From NCBI GenBank assembly GCA_012295275.1, contig CM022670.1, forward strand, positions 32,984,001-33,048,000: DNA of 64,000 bases, read 5' to 3'. This document shows positions 63,912 through 64,000 of this stretch, one piece after another. The notes beneath the pieces are model-generated. The model did not search any database, was not told the origin of the DNA, and worked only from the letters and a program-made list of their open reading frames with translations. The translations under genes were made by a program, and so were the position numbers. How positions within the stretch are numbered: the stretch's first letter is position 1; each line of letters starts with the position of its first letter. Origin of the DNA: Chrysomallon squamiferum (Eukaryota > Animalia > Mollusca).

Positions 63912-63925
63912 ATAATAATAATAAT
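63830..63925. repeat. (TAC)n/(TAA)n microsatellite
   Basis: Visible directly. Confidence 0.9.
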
Positions 63926-64000
63926 AGACAAAAACAAACAAAAATCAATCCAGCAAACAACAAATTATTTCAATTCTTCTTGCTAAAACTACTCGCTGAG

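Overview
AT-rich, microsatellite-dense eukaryotic genomic DNA with spliceosomal introns. It is an invertebrate, probably a mollusc/lophotrochozoan (inference from gene content, TTAGGG repeats and SINE style). Most ORFs in the supplied track are low-complexity artefacts. Reading splice sites by hand gives three genes. (1) The last two exons of an unrecognised small cysteine-rich, probably secreted protein (+, 571-2215). (2) A complete 15-coding-exon aminopeptidase O gene (AOPEP, M1 family; minus, 37147->14500, ~862 aa). It has a GC-AG intron, an octapeptide-repeat insertion and a pair of mutually compensating 1-bp indels in exon 4. (3) A 7-exon BTB-BACK gene matching BTBD19 (+, 37922-43071, 293 aa), head-to-head with AOPEP. 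The rest holds MITEs, tRNA-derived SINE remnants, a decayed CR1/L2-type LINE and several minisatellites. There is also a 4.7-kb interstitial array (58022-62740) built from TTAGGG hexamers mutated into four related ~110-170 bp modules with higher-order organisation. Comparisons to known proteins are from memory; no database searches were run.
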